From Cetorhinus maximus (Eukaryota), in NCBI RefSeq assembly GCF_964194155.1, contig NC_135910.1, forward strand, positions 18,538,001-18,602,000: 64,000 nt of DNA, read 5' to 3'. Of the stretch, positions 26,947-39,372 are shown piece after piece. A program made the position numbers and the translations under genes. Numbering within the stretch: the first letter of the stretch is position 1; each line of letters opens with the position of its first letter. Below the pieces are notes generated by a model. That model did no database searches and was not told where the DNA came from. It saw only the letters and a list, made by a program, of their open reading frames with translations.

Positions 26947-27131
26947 TCGTTCTTAACCTCACAGGGTATGAGCATTCCTTCCCAGACAAGTGAGAGCCGA
27001 GAAAAACTAAAGAAGAAAATTACACGGGCTAAGCCGAGCCCTTCTCCATCAGTTCACTGTCAGACAGGAGTCCAGAACAAGAATGAGAAAAAATTTACCG
27101 TGGGAAATTTCCCATGTAAAGAATGCACAAA
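26947..27131 (+). CDS. ZNF541: ZNF541-like exon ending in the first half of the C-terminal C2H2 finger (FPCKECT)
   Basis: ctccag acceptor, AA|gtaggt donor; open frame, phase 0 to 2. Confidence 0.88.
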
Positions 27132-27220
27132 GTAGGTAGAGCTGTGAGTGGTGGGGTCTGGGTGAAAGTTGTGTGATACTGCAGTGTTTCTAACAGTTGT
27201 GATTTTCGTTTGATAGTACA

Positions 27221-27361
27221 GAACTTGAGTATTGCTGAAAGAGAGAGACTTTTTTGTCAAAACTTTTCATCATGCACTCATCAGGACAATTTGCAAGAAA
27301 ATACCAATGTCAGGGGATGAAAAGTTTTGATAATAAGTCTTTCTTCAGCAATACTCAAGTT
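27221..27361. mobile_element. 140-bp fold-back remnant of the same family as 7162-7890
   Basis: AACTTGAGTATTGCTGAA...TTCAGCAATACTCAAGTT inverted ends. Confidence 0.7.
27254..27289 (-). ncRNA. Minimal type I hammerhead ribozyme motif
   Basis: Minus strand TTGTC-CTGATGA-GTGCATGAT-GAAA-AGTT-TT-GACAA: perfect 5-bp stem I, intact core. Confidence 0.55.
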
Positions 27362-27558
27362 GTGATTTTCTGGTTAACTGCTATTAAGGTCCACAATTAA
27401 ATAACTTGCGTTTATATAGGACCTTTCACCACCTAAAGTCATCCCAAAGCACTTTATAGTACTTTTAAGTGCTTTTGAAGTACAGTCACTGTTGAAATAT
27501 AGTGAAATGGAGCACCCAAATTGTGCACAGCAAGCTCCCACAACTGTAACAGGATAAT

Positions 27559-27967
27559 AGCAAAAAATTGCGGATGCTGGAAATCCAAAACAAAAACAAA
27601 AATACCTGTAAAAACTCAGCAGGTCTGACAGCATCTGTGGAGAGGAACACAGTTAACATTTCAAGTCCGTATGACTCTTCAACAGAACTAAGGTAAAATA
27701 GAAAAGAGGTGAAATATAAGCTGGTTTAAGGCGGTGGGACAGGTAGAGCCTTTTGTCTATGACATCTTTTGGCAATCTCCACCTATCACTGGCCCTCTAT
27801 CCAGCTCTACCTGTCCCACCCCCCTTAAACCAGCTTATATTTCACCTCTTTTCTATTTTTCCTTAGTTCTGTTGAAGAGTCATACGGACTCGAAACGTTA
27901 ACTGTGTTCCTCTCCGCAGATGCTCTCAGACCTGCTGAGTTTTTACAGGTATTTTTGTTTTTGTTTA
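27559..27967. mobile_element. Inverted pair of Penelope terminal repeats with a 13-bp TSD
   Basis: GTAACAGGATAAT at 27546-27558 and 27968-27980; arms homologous to the 11805-12030 Penelope end. Confidence 0.85.
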
Positions 27968-29042
27968 GTAACAGGATAATGTTCCTCTACCATTCTTAGG
28001 TGAGTTTTGGGTTCCACTTCTGACTCCAAACCCAATGAGCAGCCTTCTCTTTAACCTTTGCTCAGGAAGGTTTATGACTTCACTCACTTCTCCACTCCCT
28101 CATGCTCTGTGAATCTTCCAGAGCCAGTTCCCACTTTATCTTCCTGTTGTGGTGAAACTGCAACAAGTACGAAAAGATAAACAGCTTGGTCCATCTAACC
28201 TGTTCCAAGACAGAAATCAACAACGACTTGCACTTGGATAGCACCTTTAACACAGTGAAACATTCCAAGGCACTTTACAGGGGAGTTATTGGACAAAAAT
28301 CAGTTGTGACACAACTAATCATGGCTCCCAGGTTTCCCTCCCATCAGCACTCAATCTCTTGCAAGAGGATAAAACATATGAAGAACCCGAGGCTAAATAA
28401 GGTGGTGGGGGGGGGGTGGGGGGATTGGGTGTTCAGTTATTAACATGGCCCTGAACTCACCATCTCCCACAGCTAGAGAACATGGCCTTAAGGCATGAGG
28501 AGTTTCAGGTTGGAGATACTCACTCTGATAACCTCACCGTTTTAAAATAAAGGATTAGTTTTAGGGTTGTACATGGAATCAATTGGTGTTGGGGGAGATA
28601 CATGGTGTGTGAAATTCTGAACTAGTTTTCCCCCTAAGCAGAGTGAATTGTGAAGAGTTAGTTGTACAACCGTTAGGGCACCGATGGTTCTTCACTGTCT
28701 GAAACCTTTCTGCTGCAGTTTTCAACCATGATCAACTCTTCAAAGCATTTTATTTTCAGAGCTGCATGTGGGTGTAAACCTTCATTCTCTGCGAAGGAGC
28801 ACTTTTGAGTATTACAGTGTAAACAGCAACTTGCAATGACAAGAGACCTCATACCGTCACACTTTTTTAAACTGTGCTTTGCACTACAGCATCACATAGT
28901 TGACAAAGAGCTGAGGTTTACTTCCTTCTGTTATCAGCAGAGCTTTCTTTGATTATTTTTGATGTCAAATAACCATAATTGACTTATAAACTAAGAACCC
29001 TTGTTACCACATATTAATCTTTATTATGCACGTATATTTCAG

Positions 29043-29226
29043 AGTGTTTGACAAAGTGAAAAGTCGAAATGCTCACATGAAATGCCACAGGCAGCAGGAG
29101 GAGCAAGAAAGACAGGCAGAGATGAAACGATCGAGGATACGTTTGAAAGTTGAGCCAAAGGAGGAACCAGAGGAGACCACTCTGGTCTTCACATCTAACA
29201 ATCTGTCAAACATTACGACACCATAA
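29043..29226 (+). CDS. ZNF541: ZNF541-like last coding exon ([18 protein letters not shown]...stop)
   Basis: tttcag acceptor; completes C2H2 finger [23 protein letters not shown]; TAA at 29224-29226. Confidence 0.9.
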
Positions 29227-32200
29227 AGACGTTTCCAGCATCTTGTGATTAGCAGAGGTAGAAAGAAGGCTATGGGGAGAGCATGGAGCAGTAGTCTGAG
29301 TTTTGGATTGTACAAAGAGCTAGCACAGAGACAGGGCCAGTTGGCCCTGTACTGTAAATATCTCTGGTTCTAGGTATTTTGATTTGGTTTATCTGGAGGC
29401 AGGGAGGGAGTGCACATTACCACTCATAACATCTTATAAGTCTAGACTGCCAGATGCACAAAAACACTCTGGAGTCTGCAGAAAAAAATGTTGAATTTTT
29501 ATTTTAATCTTACTTTGGACACTTTTCAAGGTGAAGACAGCTCCTGACCTATGTGCTTAGTGTAAGCCACAAGATTTACTAGTGGGATAGAGAAAACCTG
29601 GTTCAATAATGACGTGTTAAACCTGTACTCCCAACACTGAGGTGCTAAGCTTGCAGTAATCTATTGCCCAAAATGACCTTGGTCTAGTGTAGAGACATAG
29701 AAGCTCTCAAAAGGTAATAAACACCAGTACCATTGTATTTCAGTCATCGTTAGAGAATGTTCTATTGCTGCCCTACTAACCAGCCAGTGGACAGATAGAA
29801 ACTGGTGATGCCCTAGATTCTAAAGTAAAATCACTGATCAAGATCAGCAAAACAGTAGGGATGTGGAACATGAATAACAGGCAAAAAGGCAGAGGTTCAA
29901 GGAAAGAAATCCCTTCTCCCAAAATGGAAAACGTAGGATAGTGGAAAAGGGAAGATGATTAGACTAGGGGATGTGAGCACAGGGGTTCCATGCATCACAG
30001 CAGAAGCTAACTTCAGGAACAGTTTATAAACAGGCAATGATGATCAAACACCATCTCCAAGTTCTCATGGAAATGAGAGACAAGCGGGGAGGTTAGTGTT
30101 GTGAGTGGATAAACTGCATATTAGCTGCTACCTAGTGCAATGTCCAATCTGTAACTATGTGGTATAAAAAGGCTTTGGAGCTACTTTTGGTCTCTATGAG
30201 CTGAGATCTCCACAGGGCAGGTAAGCAGATAATGGTTGGTCGGCTTCTATCAGTGTCTTTTGTAACCAGCTGATTTGAGGGAGGAAACAGGTGACAACTT
30301 CAGATCTTTCCTTCTGTCCTGAGGAGTGAACTCCTTGCTTCTGGCAGGGCACATGGACAAGATCTTCCATAATCTAGCACTCTGCCTCCCAGGGAAGTTC
30401 TTCCTTTAAATTTGAGGATAACTTTCCTCTGTTTCTCCTTTATGGTCTCTACCAGGGTGTGTGCACTAAGGGCAACCAGAGGATGGGCTGGGGAAATGAC
30501 CTGTACAAGTCTTGTGCCCAATGTCACTAGGAGGTGCACAAGTTTGTTTCAGGAGCAAGTCTCCCTACGAGAACAGGGCATGGGTTTCAGTTGGTAGATG
30601 CCTGCTCAGCAATGCAGGGGATGGAAGCTGTACCACACTGCTTCTGAGACACCCACTTTGCTGCTCCAACCCAGTGTAATGTTCACACACGAATATCTTC
30701 CGGCAAGAGTGACTAGATAGTGAGCAGGAATTACGAACAATATTTCAACTCTACGTTTACAGGTGCTGAGGGTAACTAGCATTTCAATAGTTGTCCTGCC
30801 CTGAAAAAATGCTCAATGTTGTTTTTATCCTCTTGCTTTGCATTTTTAACAAGCATTTTTGACATTGGTGATTTTTTCACTGTCTGTGGCAATGCAAAGA
30901 TAATTGCTATAGTCTTATATTTTATGTACCATTTTAAGATAAAACTTTTGCAGTAAATTTTAGTGGTTTTAAACCAGAGGTAAAGCTGGGCCAGTGGGAG
31001 ACTGTGCCCTCTTATCTCCAAGAGTCTGGTCAACACACGAGTCACTTCAGGCAGGAGCAGGAAACTTTTTTAACTGAAGACAATCACCGAGATGTCTTTA
31101 TGCCAAATCTCTGGGTAGGATTTGCACAGACTATTTTTTATGGCGGCTGGACCTGAAAGGCATCAAACTTTGTACCCGAGCATTAGGTATACATCGAGGA
31201 GTGGGAAAGATTCAATGTTGAGCCAGCTGAAAACCAACCTGCCCTATTATTAATTTTCATTTAGGGAAGCTGTGGGGCAGTATTCAAATTATAAACTTTT
31301 TGCAATCATATTACATTATAAGAAATCTTTTATCAGAAAACAGAGGTCAGCATTTCCTCATTAAGGAGAATTTTTTTAATTTATGGGAGAGGAGCAAGTA
31401 TTTTAGATTGAAAGTAACCCCAAAGTATTTTAACTTCGAGGCCTCCTACTAAGTTTGTCTTGTTTCCTCATCCCTGTTCATGTAGTCTGTGAGACTACAG
31501 AATTCATGTCAAATTTATATAACGCTTTGCGCTACACACCGTCATCCTCTAAGAATTTGACTCTAGCTGTCCCAAAATCCATTCAAATTGGAATCCCTAA
31601 AAAGCCAGGCAACACCAAACACTGAAAAGCTGAAATAAAACCAGTATGTTTCAGAAATGCACAGCCGATCTATCAGCCTCTGTATAGAGGGATGGGTTAA
31701 ATATTGGGGTGTACACCTCTAGGATCTGGTAACGTTACGCAGCTTGACAAGACGTGCTATGCAGTCCCAGCATTATCTGTAAATTGAGCCTCCAACCAGC
31801 CAGTGTAGATCTGTCTCCTGTTAGTTTACACCAGACTAACTCTCAGTCTCACAGGTTGAATTATTGTCTTATACAAGAGAATGGGAATGCATTAAGCACC
31901 AGAGCAACTATTTCTGTAGTTCTGTTTCACATTTTTGATTAAAGTCATGGTTTATAATAATACATGAACAACTCTTTAAAAAATGCATGATAACATAATT
32001 GAGTTGGGCGCTAGAAAGTATCAGAGCTTTAACTATTTCTGTTTGACAGGTGAGATGAGGAATGTGGTCTAATAAGTTTCCTTCATAAATTCACCCAAAC
32101 TAAAGATTTTTTTAAAAAGTAAACCTAATCTCAGTTTTAGATTATTTCACAATCTGGAAAATCTAAAAATGAAACAGCTTTTGCTTTACATACGAGATTT

Positions 32201-34418
32201 ATCTCTTAATTTTCTATTGTACATTGCTGTATATTTTCCTTAAAAGTACAAATCCAAAAGGCAGTTCATAGATCACTAGAAAATTGCATTACGAGTGGAT
32301 GTATTTTTACTTTTTTTGCTGATAAGTGCAGTTTTTTTGTATATAAGAGAATTTTTACAAATGCTGCATACCTAAGTGTGTTTCTGCATTTCTGTTGAAG
32401 ATGGTAAAAGGAGGAAGGGAGTGGAGATTGCCCTCTCTGATCCAATTACCTCGATTCCTCCTTGAAGCCGTGTGCTGCCAGTGTTCAGCAGCACTGAAGT
32501 GTTTCAGATTCATCGAGTTGGGGTTTTGTTTGTGTGGAAAATAAAATCTGTTAAATAATTAGGTGAAAACCCACCAATGCTGTAAGCACATGGCCCTGTT
32601 GCTTTACAAGTGTGCAGGATTGTTTCAATAAATGTGATGTTGACTGTTGGAAGTATTATTTCAGCTTTGTAAGGAAAGCAGGGTATGCACAAACATTTGG
32701 GGCAGAGGAAAGAGCACAACTGGTTTTCCTTTTTCACTCCCTGAAAGAACACTAGTAAGTTACTCAACTTCAGGAAACACAACTAGCCAGGTATAAAAAC
32801 AGAAAATGCTGGAAATACTCAGTCAGGCAGTATTTTATATGTGACACTTCCTTACACCTGAAACCTCAGTAATGGTCTCATTCAGATGCTGACTGACCTT
32901 TTATGCAGTGCGATCAATTTGTTTAATCAGATACTTTTCTCCAGAGTTGGTCAGTTCTTCTAGCCCCAAAAACCTTTTACTGGGTCAAAAAAAAAAATCA
33001 GGAAAAATAACTGCTGTTGGAGACAATTAGTTACGCTCCACAATCCTGAGTTTACCACCACTCACACACCCCCACCCCCCCCAAAAGTAATGAGGGTGCC
33101 GGTTTGAGCAGAATTAAATGATAACTGTTCGATCACTGTTGCTGTGGAGATAACAGTGCTGAGATTGCTTCAGGTTAGTTGGGACCAGAGTTTTACAGTA
33201 TGGATTTTCTTAAGTGTGACCTCTGCCCCCCACCTTGCCCAGACAGTGATTGCAAGCAGCTATACAAACCAAGGAATCCGATCCTGCCCTTACCTGATGC
33301 CTAGACTATTAAACACGTGAATGGTATCAATCTTCAGGGTTATGAGTTTTAAGTCCCAATGCAGTACTGGGATTTTATTGAATGCTAGCCATGTAACCTA
33401 TACCAAAAATGAGCCAGCTTAACATTTAATGCTTTTCGTTCTCATTAACTTCCTTTAATTCCTCCACTCCAGCAATCATTGTATTTCCCAACACAAAGCA
33501 TTATTTTCATAACCAGGACTAACTACGCAGCCAGATTCCTCTCATTTCCAGTGAAGGTGAGTGTGTTTAACAGACTGACTGGCTGAAGTATACACAAGAC
33601 ATACCTAAAAGGACAACTTTTCCCAACCCCAAGACATGGTAGCCAGGAGTGAATCACCAGGCAATGTTCCCCTCTCTGAGGAAGCAGAATGGTGTTAGAT
33701 TTCGAGGCACCCTCCAGCCTACACTCTGTGTGACATCCCATTCTGATGGCAATGTATAAATGAAACTGATGAAATAACAGTTTTCATATTAAAACAAAAA
33801 CATTTAATCTGCAAAAACCATAACCTGAAGCAACAAAAAAAAACCAAATTACTGGGTAACCAGAACTTTGGTCCCACAGAAACAACTCTGCAGAAACAAC
33901 ACATCAGACAAGAAATTTCAACTTTCTAGAAAAATGTTTAACCCAAAAGAGCTTTTCTTCCAAGACAGTCTGTTCAGTCCTCAGTTCTATCAACAGGACA
34001 GGTTACAGAAAAAGTGTTTGTAAAACCACTCTCATCTATGATGATCTTGGTCTGAACACAAACAAGCCGAAGTGCCAGTATTATGTCAGAGTCCACCCAT
34101 GAATGACAAAAGCAGTCAGGTATGTTTTCGACATTGGTGTGTGAATGTAAGAGCAGGGCCCTTCATTCCATTCAATCACGGTTCCTGTTTTAAAACACCA
34201 ATGTATAATAAAAAGGAGCAAGCTTTCTAATGGGCTGGTTGTGGGGGGGTGTAGGGGGTGGTGAGAATAAATCAAATTATTTCTACAAAAATACTGAGAT
34301 CTACAAAGCAGCACAATGAGGTGCTCCCAAGATCTGAAGAGGAACATCTGAGCTAAAAAAAAAAATTGGTGCAATCACTCTCCTTGCAGAGCATTGATCC
34401 GCTGAGCCAGGACAGCAG

Positions 34419-34521
34419 CTACTTCCCTGCCTGCTGGGCTTGTCGGCGGAGCAGGATGTAGATCTTCTCCTTGAGCCAGTCCTTGTTGTAAGGTTGGTAA
34501 GTCTGCGTGTCTGCTCGATAT
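34419..34521 (-). CDS. ERH: ERH exon 4 ([33 protein letters not shown])
   Basis: Translation matches the ERH C-terminus; ctccag acceptor; TAG stop at 34421-34419. Confidence 0.96.
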
Positions 34522-35474
34522 CTGGAGAGCAAAAATCAAAGTGTTTTATCTAAAAGCTTCATTGTTCAATACCAGACTCCTGCAGCTTGTAAAACCGGAA
34601 GGCTCATGCATTCTGATGTTCAGCTTTCAATCTTCAGCACGCACCCCCACCCCTCCCACTACTCAGCCATTTTTAGAGGGTACAGTGATTTTGCAACCAA
34701 AGTGTCAGAAAGCACATTGCCTTGCCCTGCGTCTGTGCACACTGACTCTCAATTATTTGCAAAAGGAAAAACGGCAGAAGTGTGGAGCTACCTTTTATGC
34801 ACAGATTTAATTATTCCATCAAAAATCGTGAGGCATTTTTTCATTTAAAAACTGGTTTCCAGGCTGGGAGGTCAAAGATCATCAGATTCATGTACATCGG
34901 GATTTAGAGGCCATCCACAGGGCAAGTGTTGATTTACTAGAAAATCATTCCTGCTGCTGTACACTAAAGTAAAAGTGTTCTCTGCAATGATAATGCCATT
35001 ATTCTTTGGGTAGCTAACAACCTTTCAGGGTTGGACTAAACAGATAGCTAATTCAAAGAGCTGGAGCAGACACAATGGGCTTACTGGCTTCCTTGTGCAT
35101 TCTAAAATTCTCTGATAAGTTAACGACAGGATCCCCAGGCTAGTATCAATGCGGGCAAACATGCTGTGAGCTGTTAATATTGGCAGACGCACGTGAATTT
35201 TCTAGACCGTTCAGTGGTGATTTCAGGAAGCTCTTCACACAAAGGCTAGTGAAAATCTGGAACTCTCTCCCCCCATAAAACCTGTTGTGGCTGAGCTGGG
35301 GGTCAATTAAAAATTTCAAAACCAAGATTGATAAAATTTTTCTTGGAGTTTTAAGGGTTAAAGAACAAAGACAGGTCGATGGAATTAAGACAGATCAGGC
35401 GTATCTAACTGACTGGTGGACAGGCTCAAGGGGACAAATGGCGCAGGTGAAGAAGTAACAGCAACAGCACTTAC

Positions 35475-35595
35475 ACAAGGCAGCTGAGGTCAGCAAGGTC
35501 ATCAATGAAGTCAAAGAGTTGGCTAATGTCATACGTGATGGATGGACTGTTTGGGTTCATCCTCTTCAAATGCTCTTCAAACATTTTGCAGACAC
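35475..35595 (-). CDS. ERH: ERH exon 3 ([41 protein letters not shown])
   Basis: 121-nt exon, cccag acceptor and gtaagt donor; near-identical to vertebrate ERH. Confidence 0.96.
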
Positions 35596-36715
35596 CTGGG
35601 GAGGAACAAAAGCAAACTCTGGGTGAGTCTCAATATCTTTTAACTTTAGTTTGAAACCTCTAGCATGCTGGGAGCTGCTGAACTTGTATTTATTCCTTTG
35701 TGGGATGTGGGCTTTGCCGGCTAGACCAGCATTTATTGCCCATGCTTAATTGACCTTGAGGTGGTGGTGGTGGTGAGTTGACTTCTTGAACTGCTGCAGT
35801 CCATGTGTTGTAGGAACACAGGCAGTGCCGTTAGGGAGGGAGTTCCAGGATTTTGATCCAGTGACAGTGAAGGAACGGTGAATTCTCGCAAGGAAAACAA
35901 AACAAGAGTCCCTGCATGCACACCTTTTCCCCAAACTCTTCCCCCACCCCCCTCCCCACTCACCCCCTGCAATCACCGCTCCCAGAACTTTGTTGCATAT
36001 CAGGATTAGCAGATCTACCACAATGTACTGGCTAGTTTTCTTAGAAGGAAAGTAACTGGGGTGTCAAAGGGGAGACCACAAGAAAACAAGTGGTTGGGAG
36101 CTGCCACACAAAAAACAAGCCATGCAAATCTAGATAATCCAATATCACCTTGCAGTTATATAGCACCTCTAACAAAGTAAAACACCCCAAGGCAATACAC
36201 AGGAGGGTGAGAAAAATTTGACACCACACTACATGATATATTAGGACCAAAAGATTGGTCAAAGAGGTGGGTTTTAAGGAACGTCTTACAACCAGCATCA
36301 GTGGCTCCTGTCGGATCACATTCGAGAGGCAGAAATGGCATCAGGAACTGGCAGAAGAGAAACCACAATGTTTGCGGACATAGATTTTGGACAAAGGGTT
36401 TCCACAGCAGAATATCCTGACGACAAATATGTTGGTTGACTCACACGTTAGGAATGGTACCCTTGAAACGCAAAGCACAGCGAGAGCTGCCTTCAGCAGG
36501 ACGGGTAGGAAATAAGTTGCAAATACAAAGCAGGCTCCAGTAAACAAAAAGTCCAAGGTAGTTAAACCGTTTTCTCAAGACAGCAATTGACCCGACTCTA
36601 ATGTCCTGTTCCTGAATAGACAAATGGGTCAAGAGAGAAACCCTCCTACAGATTCATGTTAAAATACTGAAATTAAAACTGCAGAGGTATATAAAGACTG
36701 ATTCCTGTGCCATAC

Positions 36716-36803
36716 CTTCCATACATTCATTGACCGATTCATAATCTGCATAGGTCCTTCCCTCTGGTCGTTTTGTAGGCTGTACGAGGAGAATGGTGTG
36801 TGA
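36716..36803 (-). CDS. ERH: ERH exon 2 ([29 protein letters not shown])
   Basis: 88-nt exon, ttttag acceptor and gtatgg donor. Confidence 0.96.
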
Positions 36804-37454
36804 CTAAAATAAAATAAACGGGAAAGAGATTAATTAGAAGCTATAGGAACAGTACGAAGACACTCCTCTCATTCAAGCTATTTGGTCATCACCAACTACA
36901 ACAGTTTGATTGCTTCAATCCCAAACCTCAACCTTTCCTCCATTCCTTGTAACCCAAACTTTCTCCTAAACACTGCAGATGTCTTCCGGCGATAGTGTAT
37001 TCCACATTCTCCCAACGATTTGGGCAATTTCATCTGGTTTGACTTCACTTCTTAAGCTACTGTTATTCGTTCTGGGTTTCCCGTTTGAGGGATGGGTCCT
37101 TCACTGGTTACCCTGTGAATCCCCGTCACCATTTTCAATTCCTAAACTGTAACAACCTGCATTTATACAGCACCATCAATGTAATAAAACATCCCATGGT
37201 GCGACTATCCAACAAAACTTCAAACAGCAACATACTAGGTCAGGTGATCAAAAGCTTGGTCACAGAGGTAAAGTATTAAGGCGCGTCTTAAAGGGTCAGC
37301 GGAGAGGTTTAGGGAGGGAACTCCAGAGCTTGGGGCCCAGGCAGCTGAAGGCACGGATGCCAATAGTGGAGCGATGGAAATCAGGGGATGCGCGAGAGGC
37401 CGGAATTGGCGGAGCAGAGATTTTGGAGGGCTGTTGGAGATTACAGAGATAGGA

Positions 37455-38830
37455 TGGGGTGTTGGGGGATGGGGGGAGGTTTTTTTAGTTTTGTTGGGTT
37501 TTGAGGTTTTTTTGGGTGAGGTATTTTGGGGTTTTTCTTTGTTCTTGGTAGGGGGGATTTGTTGGATTTTAGGGGTTTTTGTTGGAGGATGGTCGGGCTT
37601 TGGGAGAGCGTTGGGTTTTTAATGGGGACTTTTGGAAGGTTGGGGGTTTTTGCTGGCTTTGGGTTTTTTATGGGGGATTGGGTTTTTAATAGGAGGGGAT
37701 TTATTGGCGCTGAGCCACCCTCCTGGGTTGTTGGGTTTGGAGTTTCTTTGGGGGGGGTTTAAACGGGTTTTGTTGGCTCTGAGCCACCCTCCCCGGGTTG
37801 GTATATCGGTTTGTTTGGGGGGTAATTTAATTGGGTTTTTTGGGGGGTTTAATCGGGTTCTTCGGGGGTTTAGGGGTGTTTATCGTGTTTTTTGGGGTTT
37901 GTGGGGGGTTTATCTGGTTTTTGGGGGGGTTTAATCGGGGCTTTTGAGGAGTTTATTGGGTTTCTGGGGGGTTTATCGGGGCTTTTGAGGAGTTTATCGG
38001 GTTTCGGGGGGGTTTATTGGGGTTTCTGGGGGGTTTATCAGGATTTATCTGGTTTTTGGGGGGTTTATCGGGGTTTTGGGGGGTTTCTGAGGGGATTATC
38101 GGGGGGTTTATCCAGGCTTTTGGTGGGTTTCTCGGGGTTTTTGGGGTGTTTATCGGGGTTTTTGGGGGGTTTATCGGGGTTTTTGGGGGGTTTATCTGGT
38201 TTTTGGGGGGTTTGTCGGGGTTTTGGGGGGTTTGTCTGGTTTTTGGGGTGTTTATCGGGTTTTTGGTGGGTTTAAGGGGGTTTATGAGGGGATTATCGGG
38301 GTTTTATCGGGTTTTTGGTGGGTTTAAGGGGGTTTATGAGGGGATTATCGGGGTTTCTGAGGGGTTTATCTGGTTTTTAGGGGGTTTATCGGGTTTTTGG
38401 GGGTTTTATCGGGTTTTTGGTGGGTTTAAGGGGGTTTATGAGGGGATTATCGGGGTTTCTGAGGGGGTTATCTGGTTTTTAGGGGGTTTATCTGGTTTCT
38501 GGGGGGCTTCTGAGGGGTTTATCTGGTTTTTAGGGGGTTTATCGGGGCTTCTGGGGGGGTTATCTGGTTTTTGGGGGGTTTATCGGGGTTTTTGGGGGGT
38601 TTAGGGGGGTTTATCGGGGTTTTTGGGGGGGTTTATCGGGGTTTTGGGGGGTTTATCGGGGTTTTTGGGGGGTTTATCGGGGTTTTTGGGGGGTTTATCG
38701 GGGTTTTGGGGGGTTTATCGGGGTTTTGGGGGGTTTGTCGGGGTTTTTGGGGGGTTTATCGGGGTTTTTGGGGGGTTTATCGGGGTTCTTGGGGGGTTTA
38801 TCGGGGTTTTGGGGGGTTATCGGGGTTTTG
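37455..38830. repeat. G/T-rich low-complexity tandem array in ERH intron 1
   Basis: Variants of GGGGGGTTTATCGGGGTTTTT. Confidence 0.93.
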
Positions 38831-39001
38831 TTGCCTCTGAGCCGCCCTCCCCGGGTCGGTGGGCTCCAGGCCCCGGGAAGGTTCCCGCTCCCTCCCCCTA
38901 ACCCCACCCGGGACCCCGGCGGGATCCACCGCCTCTCCCCCCGGGACCCCCCCGCCCTCTCCCCGCTCCCCCCCGCCCGGAGCCGGCCTGGGGTTTCTCA
39001 C

Positions 39002-39004
39002 CAT
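39002..39004 (-). CDS. ERH: ERH exon 1 coding part (ATG only)
   Basis: AAAATG|gtgaga in a CpG-rich patch; 3+88+121+103 = 315 nt = 104 aa plus stop, the canonical ERH length. Confidence 0.85.
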
Positions 39005-39039
39005 TTTTATTTTTCGCTGGTTTGATGCCTCACGAGAAA

Positions 39040-39102
39040 AAAAATGGAAGCCGGAAGCCTCGACCTTTAACCCGGAAACGCGCTGACGTCAGCCCCGCCC
39101 CA
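39040..39102 (-). promoter_or_regulatory. ERH core promoter: ETS (CCGGAA) x2, CRE TGACGTCA (39084-39091), GC box
   Basis: Motifs clustered just upstream of the ATG exon in CpG-rich sequence. Confidence 0.7.
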
Positions 39103-39284
39103 AAAAAAACTTCAACAAAAGTTCAGGAAAAGTTTTGCAAAATTTGCTGAAACTTCAGGAATAAACGTCTCACATTGGACACTGGGTTTACTGAACAAAG
39201 CCTGAAGCTTCTCACAAACTTTAACATCCTTTTATAACAAGTTTTTGGGGAAACTTTTAGAAACAATGATCCAGGAAAAATTAA

Positions 39285-39372
39285 ATTGATTTTTAAAATT
39301 TATTCTTTATGGGATGATTTTTAAAATTTATTCTTTATGGGATGATTTTTAAAATTTATTCTTTATGGGATG
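39285..39372. repeat. 28-bp unit x3 at a SINE tail
   Basis: GATTTTTAAAATTTATTCTTTATGGGAT repeated. Confidence 0.85.

Noticed and set aside
37374-38907. Gly/Phe-rich ORFs
   Set aside because: Low-complexity G/T array within ERH intron 1
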